From NCBI GenBank assembly GCA_965279515.1, contig CBDIID010000003.1:64001-128000 (forward strand): a DNA stretch of 64,000 nt, read 5' to 3'. Each line of letters opens with the position of its first letter. The stretch's first letter is position 1. The notes under the pieces were generated by a model. That model saw only the letters and a program-made list of their open reading frames with translations, did no database searches and was not told where the DNA came from. The stretch comes from Turneriella sp. Lineage in GTDB: Bacteria > Spirochaetota > Leptospiria > Turneriellales > Turneriellaceae. Positions 50,583 through 61,355 of the stretch are shown here, one piece after another. A program made the translations under genes and the position numbers.

Positions 50583-51110
50583 TTATCTCTTCTTGAATCC
50601 TGGTTCGCTCAGGCTGATAATGCGCAGCATATCACCGCGATGCGGATTCAAAATCGTCGCTTCTAGGGTTTCCTCAAGGATTTTGGCGGCTCTATCATCG
50701 ATCTTTTTTACAATGATTATGGCTGATATATATTCCAGCGGATCGGTGTCAGATGATTTTGGGTCATAGTTGAATTTGATTGTACGTTTCTTGTAGTATG
50801 CCCGCAGGTAATCTCTGTCTTTATAACCGGGAGGAATATTTGGCTCACTGCCCGCCGGACCGTCAGGCGGGAAGCCCGTACCGTGAAAAAGTTCAGTATC
50901 ATCGTTTTTTGACGTAATCGTGCGCGTCTTGGCTCGATGTGCATAGGTATGAATCTCGAAATCTTTATAATCAAGTTTCTGCAATAAATTCGTGATATCC
51001 GTTCGGGCCTTTTGGGCCTGCTGTTCTAAGTTAGATGTCTCGGGCCTACAGGCCCAAGAAAGCATCAGGGGCAGCAGTATCGTAGTCAGCTTTAGTTTAC
51101 TTTGTGGCAT
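50583..51110 (-). CDS. Cassette gene: putative lipoprotein
   Basis: LSWAC lipobox-like signal. Confidence 0.75.
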   Translation of the reverse strand: MPQSKLKLTTILLPLMLSWACRPETSNLEQQAQKARTDITNLLQKLDYKDFEIHTYAHRAKTRTITSKNDDTELFHGTGFPPDGPAGSEPNIPPGYKDRDYLRAYYKKRTIKFNYDPKSSDTDPLEYISAIIIVKKIDDRAAKILEETLEATILNPHRGDMLRIISLSEPGFKKR

Positions 51111-51165
51111 CTTTTCATTCCTTTAAGGATAAATCTCTTAGTACAGCATGTTTTTGCGGTATGGC

Positions 51166-51380
51166 ACCCAACGTGGAAAATACCCGAATTGCGCCCCCGC
51201 GGGTGTAAAGTGCAAATAATCACGGTTTATGCGACTTTCGTGGAGCGCATTTGCCCGTAGCGCCTCGCGAGCCCGCCAATGCAGGCCCACTGGCCTGCGG
51301 GCGCAGCGATCTTTGGCGCGCAGGGCCGAGCACGCGACCCAACGTAGTGGTCGCGGCGCAGCGGGTATTTTTTGTTAGCC
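51166..51380 (-). repeat. attC-like site 22
   Basis: Same subtype as sites 13, 16 and 19. Confidence 0.85.
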
Positions 51381-51567
51381 GCCGTTACCGGATTCGCGCG
51401 GCTGGCGAACAACCCGAAGGTCGGCTATATACTGTAGTTCGATCTTCTTAGTCACCGAGGAGTTGTCGCCAGGATCAAAGGCGTAAGCAGCAAGAGCCGG
51501 CTGTACTCTCTGACAACAAATCCTCTTCTTCTCCCCTTCGGGCGCGAAGGAGGTAATGGTGGCTAAC
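51374..51567. other. ORF-less cassette, copy 3 (diverged)
   Basis: Homologous to 47115-47308 with scattered substitutions. Confidence 0.8.
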
Positions 51568-51783
51568 GGTGGATTTACCTGACGTTGATGGTGCGCCGCA
51601 CAATAATTACAGACTTATTCGTTAAGCGCATATCAAGCACCATCGATGTGTCGAGGCGGCTGCGTTGCGCCCGACCAAACAAACGTCCCGTTTGTCGGGC
51701 GTCAACGCATTTCATGCCGCCGAGACCGAGCACGCGAGGAGCCACGGCACCGCAGCGAGCGCAGCAGGTAAATCTTGTTCTCT
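51561..51783 (-). repeat. attC-like site 23
   Basis: Same repeat family. Confidence 0.85.
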
Positions 51784-51859
51784 GCCGTGATTTGACCGGC
51801 TAAGTTCGGCCAGCAGCTCTTGCCGTTTCGCCAAGGATGGCGAAACGGCGCAATATTCT

Positions 51860-52066
51860 TCAGGTGCCGTCTGTCTTTTTGGCGTATTCAGTGGCCAATT
51901 GGCTAATCTGATCGCCAGACATTCCCGCAAAGAGGTCTTGCCGCCACTTAGTGTAGTCGAATCGATCTCGCTGAATTAGGGAGACAAAACGCTCAGCCTC
52001 GACTAAGCCAAGATCGTTGCTCAAGGCTTTCATGCCCTTCACTTTTATTTCTGTATCTGTCATCAT
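51860..52066 (-). CDS. Small putative antitoxin downstream of a PIN toxin
   Basis: TDTEIKVKGMKAL...LGLVEAERFVSLI...FDYTKWR. Confidence 0.75.
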   Translation of the reverse strand: MMTDTEIKVKGMKALSNDLGLVEAERFVSLIQRDRFDYTKWRQDLFAGMSGDQISQLATEYAKKTDGT

Positions 52067-52503
52067 CTTACGACCTCCGGCAGTTCCAAGAAATCAATTG
52101 GATTGATTACCCTTATGCCTTGAATACGATCTTGCTTATTTATGATCCCTTTATCAACAGTGATAAAATATGCACATTTACTAGCTATCGCACAGGAAAT
52201 ATGAAGGGCATCAAGCGATTTTATCCCTTTGGATTCAAGATCGCGCATTTCTTCAAGGATTTCAGGCGTTTGGGCCACATCGACTTTGGCAATGCCACGC
52301 CAATGCCGTATTTCTTCGCGGCGCTCTTCATGTGGATTTTGACCATTTTCAAAGGTAAGGATATACGACCAAACAAGGTCAAATTCGCCTTCTCTGATTC
52401 TATTTTGGATTTCAAGCTTCACCTCAGTTTCAAGCCGAACCCGTAATGAATCCTGGTCGTCATACGGCCGATTAAAGCAGCAGTTATCGAGATAGATTTT
52501 CAT
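52063..52503 (-). CDS. PIN-domain toxin
   Basis: IYLDNCCFNRPYDD, LDALHISCA, FITVD. Confidence 0.9.
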   Translation of the reverse strand: MKIYLDNCCFNRPYDDQDSLRVRLETEVKLEIQNRIREGEFDLVWSYILTFENGQNPHEERREEIRHWRGIAKVDVAQTPEILEEMRDLESKGIKSLDALHISCAIASKCAYFITVDKGIINKQDRIQGIRVINPIDFLELPEVVR

Positions 52504-52634
52504 GCTTTTTGTCCAAGTACCCTAGAAAATGTCGGAAAGCTGTCCGGTCAACCGCCTTTCCATTCGGAATGTCTTGAGCAACACGGCCGACATGGAGGTC
52601 GGCCGCCAAAACTCTTGGCCGGGCAAGTCATGGC

Positions 52635-52828
52635 AGAGAACGCGGATTTTACAAGACGTTTTGACTTGGAGCGTCTTCGCTTCAAGTCAAAATGTGCCCG
52701 GAGCCACTCGCGGCAAAGCGCAAAACAAGCGTCCCGCTTGCGCTTTGTCCGCGATCTTCGTGGCGGAGCGGCCGAGCACCCGAGGAGCTACGGCACCGCA
52801 GGGGCGCAGCTTGTAAAATTTGTTGTCT
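52635..52828 (-). repeat. attC-like site 24 (shortest, short first arm)
   Basis: ATTTTACAAG...CTTGTAAAAT closing stem. Confidence 0.8.
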
Positions 52829-52883
52829 GAAGTTTCGCGACCATGGGGGAAATATCGCCGCTGCCAAGGATGGCAAGGCGATG

Positions 52884-53282
52884 TTAATGTTTTCGGGTAA
52901 TCTCTAGTAGGAAGGTTGCGGGAGACACGATTCTTATAGGGAAATCTGAAATAGATAATATATCCTTATCACCACTTATGAGATAATCGGCTCCTGACGC
53001 CAAGCCTAAAGCCAAGATGAAATTGTCATCAGGGTCCCGGCAAATATCGACTGTTTGTGTAACGGATACGAATGTCGCCTTTTTAATCAAAGTATCCTGC
53101 CAGTGCAAACCTAATTGCGGATTTTTTGAAAGTCGCTCGATTACCTCAACATACTCAGCAAGCAGCCCTGCTGACAGTATGAGCTCAAATTCACCACTAA
53201 GCCATTTGGATACTATCTGAGCAGGTTTCCCAGACCAAATAATACCCGAAACAAAGACGTTCGTATCTATAATGACTTTCAT
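52884..53282 (-). CDS. PIN-family putative toxin
   Basis: IIDTNVFVS, CRDPDDN.IL, ADYLISGDKD. Confidence 0.9.
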   Translation of the reverse strand: MKVIIDTNVFVSGIIWSGKPAQIVSKWLSGEFELILSAGLLAEYVEVIERLSKNPQLGLHWQDTLIKKATFVSVTQTVDICRDPDDNFILALGLASGADYLISGDKDILSISDFPIRIVSPATFLLEITRKH

Positions 53283-53548
53283 CGAGCGCGTTTAGCGCGT
53301 GAGGCTTTGATTGCCTTCTGTAAGTCCTTTGGTGTCACTTTACGGCTTTTCATAACTTCTCGGGTGCGGCGTATCAGTGCATCAAACTCAGCCTTATCTG
53401 GCTCATTAATTTTTTTAAGGAGTAGATTGCTGCCATCTGCTATCACAATGAATTTTGTACCCTCACCGATTGACAATTGAGACCTTATGCTCTTGGGAAT
53501 TACAACCTGGCCTTTAGAGGACACGCTCGTGATTTCTATAGTTTCCAT
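53279..53548 (-). CDS. AbrB/MazE/SpoVT antitoxin
   Basis: SSKGQVVIPKSIR. Confidence 0.9.
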   Translation of the reverse strand: METIEITSVSSKGQVVIPKSIRSQLSIGEGTKFIVIADGSNLLLKKINEPDKAEFDALIRRTREVMKSRKVTPKDLQKAIKASRAKRAR

Positions 53549-53674
53549 ACCCCCCCTCGTAAGAATTTCTTACTAAGGACAAAATACAATATTAGCCATA
53601 ACCCGGCAAGATATTATGAGAAGTTTTGAATCGGCCAAGGATGGCCGAAAGCACAACAAACCAAGCGAAATTTC

Positions 53675-53897
53675 AGACAACGTTGGATTTACGAGAAGTT
53701 GATGACGCGCCGCACAATGAATACAGACTTATTAGGAAAGCCGCATACCAAGCGTCATCAATTTGCCGAACCCACAGCGTTGCGCCGCACCGAATGCACG
53801 TCACGTGCGTGCGGCGTCAACGCTTCTTTGTGGGTGAGGCCGAGCACCCGAGGAGCTACGGCACCGCAGGGAGCGCAGCTCGTAAATCTTGTTCTCT
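53675..53897 (-). repeat. attC-like site 25
   Basis: GATTTACGAG...CTCGTAAATC closing stem. Confidence 0.8.
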
Positions 53898-53948
53898 GCC
53901 GTTGCCGATTCGGCCTAAATCACTGGGCATGGAGGCCCAGTGATGCTG

Positions 53949-54530
53949 CTAAAATCCCTTCGGAAAGAATGGCCACTTGGCATCAGCCATGTGCCCGATT
54001 TTCTCGACCAAGTTGAGTATATTCAAAGCACTTTCCTTTGCACTAGAGTCTTCTAATTGTGTGTTCTTGAGGGAGTCGTAGGACGCACCGTAAATGCCAA
54101 ATTTCGAGCATCTGAATGTCCAACAGATTTTCCCGAAAAAGACCGATCCGTCGTTCATGTCGACTTCATTGAATATGTCGACCGTAGGCGAAATCGAGTC
54201 CATAGTGCCTGCTAAGATCTCCTTCTGTTCTGATAAAATCGGAAAATAACGAATATCGGGTTGCTCCATTTTGCGCCGAATCACCATTCGCTGACTGGAT
54301 AAATTTATAGTGATGACAGCATATGGGGTAGAATCGGCGGTAGAACTCATTGCCAAGATTACGCAGTTTCTTTGACACTTGAGTTCATTTTGAATGCTTT
54401 CCAGTTCCGCAGTAAACCGTGAAAAACCAATTCTATCAGGGCCTATGTGCACACTTTTTTTGCACGACAGCAAGGCCGCAATAGTCAGCGCGATGAAGGC
54501 TTTGTGTCGGATCTTACCCAAATGGCTCAT
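53949..54530 (-). CDS. Cassette gene: putative lipoprotein
   Basis: LLSC lipobox; start placed at MSHLGK. Confidence 0.72.
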   Translation of the reverse strand: MSHLGKIRHKAFIALTIAALLSCKKSVHIGPDRIGFSRFTAELESIQNELKCQRNCVILAMSSTADSTPYAVITINLSSQRMVIRRKMEQPDIRYFPILSEQKEILAGTMDSISPTVDIFNEVDMNDGSVFFGKICWTFRCSKFGIYGASYDSLKNTQLEDSSAKESALNILNLVEKIGHMADAKWPFFPKGF

Positions 54531-54591
54531 ATAGCAAACAGTGCACGCACGGAGGCGTGCAAAGAAGAAAACAATTTCTTTCGGCAATGGC

Positions 54592-54805
54592 AGAGAACGT
54601 GGAATTTACCTGAGGTTGAGTGACGCCTCGTTCAACTTTGCATTTTGTAAAACCATTTTGCGTCACTCAATCTGCCCGGAGCGCCTCGCGGCAAAGCACA
54701 AAACAAGCGTCCCGCTTGTGCTTTGCCCGCGATCTTTGGCGCATAGGGCCGAGCACGCGAGGAGCTACGGCACCGCAGCGGCGCAGCAGGTAAATTTTGT
54801 TAGCT
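54592..54805 (-). repeat. attC-like site 26
   Basis: Same repeat family. Confidence 0.85.
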
Positions 54806-54820
54806 GAAGTAGTCACGCAA

Positions 54821-55252
54821 TTAGGTTGCGCCCTTTTTTTCAATCGTTTTGAGAAATTCATTGGGGGTCATGATAATAGCAGAATTTTTCGGATAATCTT
54901 TGGTATTCCGCGAAATGAATATATCTACTTTACCCTTTTTGAAAGCAAAATACTGCACGGAATCTTCAAAATCACGCATGTTTGAGGCCAATGCCGAGTC
55001 TATTGTTTCCTCTGTTACGGGGAGTATATGCACCAATTTTCTAAATTTCTGCAGAATCGACCTTGCTTGAGTCGCCCCAACATTTTTGCTCAGCAAATAA
55101 TACAAGTTCCAGACGATCAACGATGAAACAAAGCCTTGGATTTGCCTATTTTCAAGCAGATTGATAATTTTTACAGCAGCCGCATCGTGAGGCTGACGTT
55201 GCGCCAAATAATCTAAAATAACGTCTGAGTCTAAATATACCTTCTGCGTCAC
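54821..55252 (-). CDS. PIN-domain toxin
   Basis: VYLDSDVILD, DFEDSVQY, ISRNTKDY. Confidence 0.9.
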   Translation of the reverse strand: MTQKVYLDSDVILDYLAQRQPHDAAAVKIINLLENRQIQGFVSSLIVWNLYYLLSKNVGATQARSILQKFRKLVHILPVTEETIDSALASNMRDFEDSVQYFAFKKGKVDIFISRNTKDYPKNSAIIMTPNEFLKTIEKKGAT

Positions 55253-55513
55253 TTATTTATACTTCTTCTCGATATAGTCTGCAATATCTAATTTGTAATC
55301 GAGAGAGAGTTTCCCTTTGAGGACGCCATGAAGTTCCTGGGTTATAGGCCCAAGTGCATTCGTACTAGTCTTAGAGTCATTTTTTGAAATAGTGGAAAGA
55401 TAGTCTTGGACTATCTTTGAAATGCTCTTACCCCTTTTTTGGGCATATTTCTCGGCACTTTCAATGGTTTTCTTATCTAAGGACAATGTTAGTTTTGCAC
55501 TGGACGAATGCAT
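55253..55513 (-). CDS. DUF6364-type RHH antitoxin
   Basis: KLTLSLDKKTIESAEKYA...SISKIVQDYL...YIEKKYK. Confidence 0.85.
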   Translation of the reverse strand: MHSSSAKLTLSLDKKTIESAEKYAQKRGKSISKIVQDYLSTISKNDSKTSTNALGPITQELHGVLKGKLSLDYKLDIADYIEKKYK

Positions 55514-55570
55514 ACGTACATTTTAATAAAAATACTTACGTACGACAAGTTTTTCTTGCGTGACTATTTC

Positions 55571-55786
55571 AGCTAACGTGGAATTTACCTGAGGTTGAGT
55601 GACGCTTCGTTCAACTTTGTATTTTGTAAAGCCATTTTGCGTCACTCAATCTGCCCGGAGCGCCTCGCGGCAAAGCACAAAACAAGCGTCCCGCTTGTGC
55701 TTTGTCCGCGATCTTCTGGCGCGTAGGGCCGAGCACGCGAGGAGCCACGGCACCGCAGCGAGCGCAGCAGGTAAATTTTGTTGTGC
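55571..55786 (-). repeat. attC-like site 27
   Basis: Same repeat family. Confidence 0.85.
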
Positions 55787-56627
55787 GCCGATTGCGCTTC
55801 TTTCATAGACCGCTTCTAAGCTGCTCCATGATGCTAGGAGTTGACAGTTCTGCATACGTTAATTCTCGAGTTTCCTTAATCTCAATAGCCCGGCAAGGCC
55901 CGGTACTTTCGTTATCATGGCCTGATCTTAGATTTTTTTCCACAGCTGTATAAATGATAATTTTACCACGTGGTTTGTTAGAATAAGCTATAAAGCTAAA
56001 AGGTTGATTACGATAAAATCGGACTGAAAACTTGCCTTGAACTTCAATGCCTGAGAAATAGGTTTTTTTCTCTCTATGTATTAAAAACGGGTAGAAATCT
56101 ACCGCTTTTTCAGGTACTTTGCCTTCGACGCAACTCATCGGTTCCGGATAAGGCCAACTTGGGCCATGTTCATAGCCAGCCATGAGGGCCGTCTCTGTTT
56201 GTTTATCAGGAATTGATTCAGAAATCATGACGACATAAATATCATCCATGACATGGAGATCTGCTTCCATTTTGAGAGTGCGTTCGTTAATGAACTTAAA
56301 TGCTCTGCCACGACTGCGTTGTCCGTAACTGCCGATAGATATGGCACAGCCCCCGGGGTAGTCGAAGTCAAACTGCCCAAGTTTGTCCGTAGGCCAAACT
56401 TTTAGGGTAGTTCGATCGATAATTGGGAAAAATCTAGCAGGTGAACCGTTATTAAAAATAATTCTCCCTTTCAAGCGACGCTTAATTGAAGGGTCGCAGT
56501 TTATATAAACTGGGGGGCCTGGAATTTCCTGGCGCCAGCCAGCGCCGGTGAGATCGTATTTCAGGATAGTCCGCGTAGGCGCGTCTATCGTTATTTGGTG
56601 TAACTGGTTATGTTCCGCCGCTCCTAG

Positions 56628-57868
56628 CAGGGTGTTGAAAAACGCATAGAATCGGGTATCCGTTCAAACCATAAATACGATTGGACGGGCACGTATTTTG
56701 CGCCTTGCCACCTTCGCTTCTGGGCGCAACGGGCTCATAGCTTGCCAGCCAAAATAACCAGATTGGCTGCCGCCATCGTGAATATGAAATGAAAGCCAAC
56801 CTTAGCTTTGCCGCAGTAGCGTGTTTTACGGATACCACCGATGGTTTTGCCCCAGCCAAATAATTCTTCAATCCGTTTGCGAACGCGTTGGCTGATTGCA
56901 TAGCCGGTACTTCGCGCCGTTCGGCGATCAAGGCCTGGTGTTTTTCGTGTTTCAATCATGGCGATGTGCGGTTTTATCTTCAATGACCTGAGCGATGCTA
57001 CCATGTCTTTCGTATGGTAGCCTTTGTCTGCACCCAATGTTCGCGGCTTGATTTTGCGCTTGCGGAGATTCTTTAATAGAGCAAGCAAGCCACGGCGTTC
57101 TGCTTTGCCATCAGCAGCCTCCAGGTTTGCCGCAACACAAAGACCGGTACGATTTTCCATGACGACATTACCGCAGTAAGACAGCTTTGCTTCTTTGCCG
57201 GGGCCCTTGCGTGCAAGCATGGATTCGGGATCAGTAGTACTGGCATGTGTTTCATTGCTGCGTTTTTCATCGTGAAAATTCACGATCGGATTGCGACTGG
57301 TGTCTATTGGCTTTTCGCGTTTTACGTCTGCATCTTTTTGTTTCGGCTTAAAGCTTTTAAGCGATGCCCATGCTTCGATCAATGTGCCGTCAGCGGTGAA
57401 GTGTTCATCAGAGACCAGATTCTTGCTTTGCGCAAAACGAACGACCTGCGCCAGAAAGCTATTTGCGATTTCCTGATTGAGGAGGCGTTCGCGGTTTTTG
57501 GCAAAAGTACTGTGATTCGGAACAGGATCATTCGGCATCAGATCAAGAAACCAGCGGAAGAGAAAATTGTAGCTGAGTTGTTCACAAAGCTGGCGCTCCG
57601 AACGAATCGAATAAAAAGCGATCAGAAGCGATGCCTTCAGCAAAAACTCCGGCGGTATCGAGGGTCTGCCAGCATCGGCGTACATCTTATCAAGTGCTCC
57701 ATCCAGTTTGCCGAGCACGTCATCGGCCATAGTCTTGATTTTACGCAATGGATGCGACGGCGGAATCAGATCTTCCGCAGAGAAATTGTAGAGAAAATTC
57801 ATCTGAGCTTTTTGGTCACCGCGCATTGGCTCAATATAATCAAAATTAAGGACTTCTTCAACACCCTG
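56628..57868 (-). mobile_element. IS5-family element
   Basis: IRs CAGGGTGTTGAA; CTAG duplication at 56624-56627 and 57869-57872. Confidence 0.9.
56735..57826 (-). CDS. IS5-family transposase
   Basis: HPLRKIK, GRPSIPPE, DGTLIEAWAS, GADKGY, RKRIEELFGWGK. Confidence 0.92.
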   Translation of the reverse strand: MRGDQKAQMNFLYNFSAEDLIPPSHPLRKIKTMADDVLGKLDGALDKMYADAGRPSIPPEFLLKASLLIAFYSIRSERQLCEQLSYNFLFRWFLDLMPNDPVPNHSTFAKNRERLLNQEIANSFLAQVVRFAQSKNLVSDEHFTADGTLIEAWASLKSFKPKQKDADVKREKPIDTSRNPIVNFHDEKRSNETHASTTDPESMLARKGPGKEAKLSYCGNVVMENRTGLCVAANLEAADGKAERRGLLALLKNLRKRKIKPRTLGADKGYHTKDMVASLRSLKIKPHIAMIETRKTPGLDRRTARSTGYAISQRVRKRIEELFGWGKTIGGIRKTRYCGKAKVGFHFIFTMAAANLVILAGKL

Positions 57869-57970
57869 CTAGATGCCATAATGTTAGGCTTAAAAATAAT
57901 AAATTTCTGAAAATTGAAATTTTATTCTTCTGGTTAAATTTCATTGAAGTGCTCTGAGTTATGACATTTC

Positions 57971-58186
57971 AGACAACGCGGAATTTACCTGACGTTTGGT
58001 GACGCTTGTGTCATTATTTCAACCTGTAAAGCCTATTTGCGTCACCAAATGTGCCCGAAGCGCCTGCCCGAGCCCGGCAAAACCAAGCTCCCGCTTGGCC
58101 GGGCGCAGGGCATCTTTGGCGCGTAGGGCCGAGCACCCGAGGAGCCACGGCACCGCAGGGAGCGCAGCAGGTAAATTTTGTTGTGC
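57971..58186 (-). repeat. attC-like site 28
   Basis: Same repeat family. Confidence 0.85.
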
Positions 58187-58205
58187 GCAGTAAAGTCACT
58201 ATCGG

Positions 58206-58850
58206 TTAGCTTTGCTTGATTGTTACTCGAAGCTGACCCAGAAGTTTTCGAATCAGTTCAATGTAGTAGCCAATCAGATCCTTTTGCACCAATAGCTGAC
58301 CGTGCTTAACCAATAGATATTTTGAATTATTAAGCGTCTTAGGTAATTTGTCTATTTTTTCAACAGTTGTTTCGCCATTGTCGTGTACAATGATTTGTCG
58401 GATTCTTTGCATTGCGTCAATCTCAAACCACAGGGCTCCGGTGTCTGGGAATGGCAATTTCAAGACTTTCTTAAAATAAACTTTTGCTCGATCTAGCGGT
58501 TTTCCGTTCAGGTCGCCCATGCTCAATGCTAGGTTATGTTTTTGTTGGGCGGTTTTACAGTAATCACTCAAACTTTTCTCTAAAAAACTGCTCAGTGAAA
58601 CGATCATCGAATTGCGAACCATTTCAGGAAAAGTCTCTGATAAATCCGTAAAACGCTCGGAATGAAAATCGTAGTGACTATCGAGAGCTTCTTCATCTTT
58701 TATCTTCGCCGCTTGTTTATCAACCCACAGCCGGAAGCTGGAAAGCGAATCTACTAGCATTGATTCAGTTAAATCATGCAACTCAGAATACTTCTGCAAT
58801 TCGTAATCGGAAAAATCTAATGGAACCAAAAATAAGTCATCTAGTGTCAT
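58206..58850 (-). CDS. Cassette gene: HEPN-like protein
   Basis: Helical protein with S...LE motif and C-terminal RxxxxH (RQIIVH). Confidence 0.65.
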   Translation of the reverse strand: MTLDDLFLVPLDFSDYELQKYSELHDLTESMLVDSLSSFRLWVDKQAAKIKDEEALDSHYDFHSERFTDLSETFPEMVRNSMIVSLSSFLEKSLSDYCKTAQQKHNLALSMGDLNGKPLDRAKVYFKKVLKLPFPDTGALWFEIDAMQRIRQIIVHDNGETTVEKIDKLPKTLNNSKYLLVKHGQLLVQKDLIGYYIELIRKLLGQLRVTIKQS

Positions 58851-58875
58851 ATTATTATTCCTGTGACTTTATTGC

Positions 58876-59100
58876 GCACAACGTGGAATTTACCTGAGGT
58901 CGATAGTGCATCGCACAATAAATGCAGTCTTTATTCGAAAGCCGCGTATTGATGCACTATCGATCTGCCGTAGGTCGCCTCGTTGCGCCGCACCGAATGC
59001 ACGTCCCGTGCGTGCGGCGTCAACGACTCTTAGGCGACCGGAGGCCGAGGACGCGAGCCAACGAAGTGCTCGCGCCCGCAGCAGGTAAATTTTGTTGTGC
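58876..59100 (-). repeat. attC-like site 29
   Basis: Same repeat family. Confidence 0.85.
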
Positions 59101-59143
59101 GTAGTTACGGTGGACAAAGTAGCAAGGGATTTAGCTTTGTATT

Positions 59144-59740
59144 ATGCGAGTTTCTAGTCTGCTTTCTCTGGCATTAATGGTTTCTGGATGTATTTCTGAA
59201 AGGAGTTTCATATCACCAGAAGGGAAGCTTGAATTTGAAATAGTTGGCAGGTTCTTTAACGATGAAAGGGCGAAATCTTGGCAGGGCCCTGTGCAGAGAG
59301 TCCAAGTAGAAATCAGCAAAAAAGACGGCAAGTACACAGGTACCATAGATCGGAAAATTGTCCACCTAAGGGATGATAAGATTTTTATGGTCCATTATAA
59401 GGCTGAATTGTACGGGGCTCGGCATTCAGCGCATGAAATAAATTTCAGAGATCGCATAATTTTATCGTGTGGCTATTATCTAAAGGATGGGATCAAGAAG
59501 CCTATTCTGGATTTGGTGCTTGAGGATTTCAAAGGTCCAGACTGCAGATCTAAAGAGAATCTCGAGCAATATCAGGCTAGAGAGGAAAAAGAGGAATTTG
59601 GCTCAATATACTTCAACATAAAAAACAATTCAGAGATCTGGTGGAGTCCGAAGGAGGACATGAGGTCAATAAAGTTAGTTCGGCAAATGGACCCATTCAA
59701 AACAGAATCTGAATTAGCGGGAAAAATTTTCCCACCGTAA
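59144..59740 (+). CDS. Cassette gene: putative lipoprotein
   Basis: VSGC lipobox. Confidence 0.78.
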   Translation: MRVSSLLSLALMVSGCISERSFISPEGKLEFEIVGRFFNDERAKSWQGPVQRVQVEISKKDGKYTGTIDRKIVHLRDDKIFMVHYKAELYGARHSAHEINFRDRIILSCGYYLKDGIKKPILDLVLEDFKGPDCRSKENLEQYQAREEKEEFGSIYFNIKNNSEIWWSPKEDMRSIKLVRQMDPFKTESELAGKIFPP

Positions 59741-59744
59741 TTAC

Positions 59745-59959
59745 GCACAACGTGGATTTTACGCTGACGTTTTTTGACGCTCGTGTCATTTATTCAATCT
59801 GTAAAGCCGATTCGCGTCAAAAAATGTGGTCGTAGCGGCTCGCGGCGAGGCGCGAAAACACACCTCCCGGTGTGCGCGTCGTCCGCGATCTTTGCCGCGG
59901 AGACCCGAGCACGCGACCCAACGGAGTGGTCGCGGCGCAGCGCGTAAAATTTGTTGGCC
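59745..59959 (-). repeat. attC-like site 30
   Basis: Same repeat family. Confidence 0.85.
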
Positions 59960-59993
59960 GCCGTAACGGGTTGGGTTAAAGCATGCTAGGACA

Positions 59994-60359
59994 TTATCGG
60001 AGATAATACAAATACACGGCGTACCCAATCATTCCCGCCAATTCGCTTTTCTTAAGTTTTGAGAATTTTTCTTTGAAATGTCTAATTAAAGCATTATGAT
60101 CAAAATCAGCCATTTCGGCATATTTTGAATCTGACGCTTTTCGATAGAATTTAGATTTGTGATATTTTCTGATTTCAGCGTATAAAGCCTTCTGAAAACT
60201 ACGGATATAGGTTAACCGTTCAAGGTCAATTTTACCGAACTTGTAATATGCTAGGCTCCGTTTGATTTTACTCTCTGTATTTGATTCCGTCCCATCAAAT
60301 TCCCAGATCAATTTGCTAAAGTAGATAAAATCGGCAGAAGGTGGGGTCGATTTCGGCAT
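59994..60359 (-). CDS. Cassette gene: hypothetical protein
   Basis: 121 aa ORF occupying the cassette. Confidence 0.7.
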   Translation of the reverse strand: MPKSTPPSADFIYFSKLIWEFDGTESNTESKIKRSLAYYKFGKIDLERLTYIRSFQKALYAEIRKYHKSKFYRKASDSKYAEMADFDHNALIRHFKEKFSKLKKSELAGMIGYAVYLYYLR

Positions 60360-60455
60360 GTTAAACCACTCTAGTAAATCAGTCTGTCGCTCAGCTTAAA
60401 TGCTCTTTCTTGTAAAATAAAATTATTTGAAGTGAGTTTTTCATCCCGTTATGGC

Positions 60456-60670
60456 GGCCAACGTGGAATTTACCTGAGGTTGAGTGACGCTTCGTTCAAC
60501 TTTGTGTTCTGTAAAGTCATTTTGCGTCACTCAATCTGCCCGGAGCGCCTCGCGGCAAAGCACAAAACAAGCGTCCCGCTTGTGCTTTGTCCGCGATCTT
60601 CGGCGCGCAGGGCCGAGCACGCGAGGAGCTACGGCACCGCAGCGAGCGCAGCAGGTAAATTTTGTTGTCT
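60456..60670 (-). repeat. attC-like site 31
   Basis: Same repeat family. Confidence 0.85.
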
Positions 60671-60684
60671 GAAGTGGTCGCCAT

Positions 60685-61074
60685 TCAGTGGCCTTCTCGA
60701 TCTGATAACTCGATAATGGGAGCCTGGGCGGAAACTAAGTCGAATACTAAACCACCTTCTAAATGAATATGGTGTAGTGGCATTGGGGGAGCTTCTCCGC
60801 CAATAAAACCGTACTCTAGTCCCCTAGATCGCATAAAAGCCATGCTCTCGTGAATAGTGTATGTAATATCTGCCAAAAACCAAGCATCAGGGTCTTCAAT
60901 CGTAAGTGAAGTCTTGAATAATAGCACCGCTTTACAAATAAGCCGGTACTTTTGGTCATCTTCAGGTGCATGAATTTCTATTGAAGCCGTCTGATTGCTT
61001 GCTGCAAAGGCGACGTCTAAAATATCCAGCATTGGGTCTTTTTCCCATTTCTGTAGTAAATCAAGTGTATTCAT
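60685..61074 (-). CDS. Cassette gene: hypothetical protein
   Basis: 129 aa acidic ORF occupying the cassette. Confidence 0.72.
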   Translation of the reverse strand: MNTLDLLQKWEKDPMLDILDVAFAASNQTASIEIHAPEDDQKYRLICKAVLLFKTSLTIEDPDAWFLADITYTIHESMAFMRSRGLEYGFIGGEAPPMPLHHIHLEGGLVFDLVSAQAPIIELSDREGH

Positions 61075-61136
61075 AAGTGTTTAAATGCTTAGCAGAGGTT
61101 CATTGTATTTGTGTGAAATAATCTGGCGACCATTTC

Positions 61137-61355
61137 AGACAACGTGGAAAATACCCGAATTGCGCCCCCGCGGGTGTAAAGTGCAAATAATCACGGCCTT
61201 ATGCGACTTTCGTGGGAGCGCATTTGCCCGGAGCGCCTCGCGAGCCTGCCAAAACACACCTCCCGGTGTGGCAGGCGCAGCGATCTTTGGCGCGTAGGGC
61301 CGAGGACGCGACCCAACGTAGTGGTCGCGCCCGCAGCGGGTATTTTTTGTTGTGC
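61137..61355 (-). repeat. attC-like site 32
   Basis: Same repeat family. Confidence 0.85.

Larger units (their letters stand above)
55803..57944 (-). pseudogene. Cassette gene (exported hypothetical) interrupted by IS5
   Basis: Removing the IS and one CTAG gives an open frame MKFNQKNKISIFRNLLFLSLTLWHLGAAEHNQ...LKGRIIFNNG. Confidence 0.8.
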
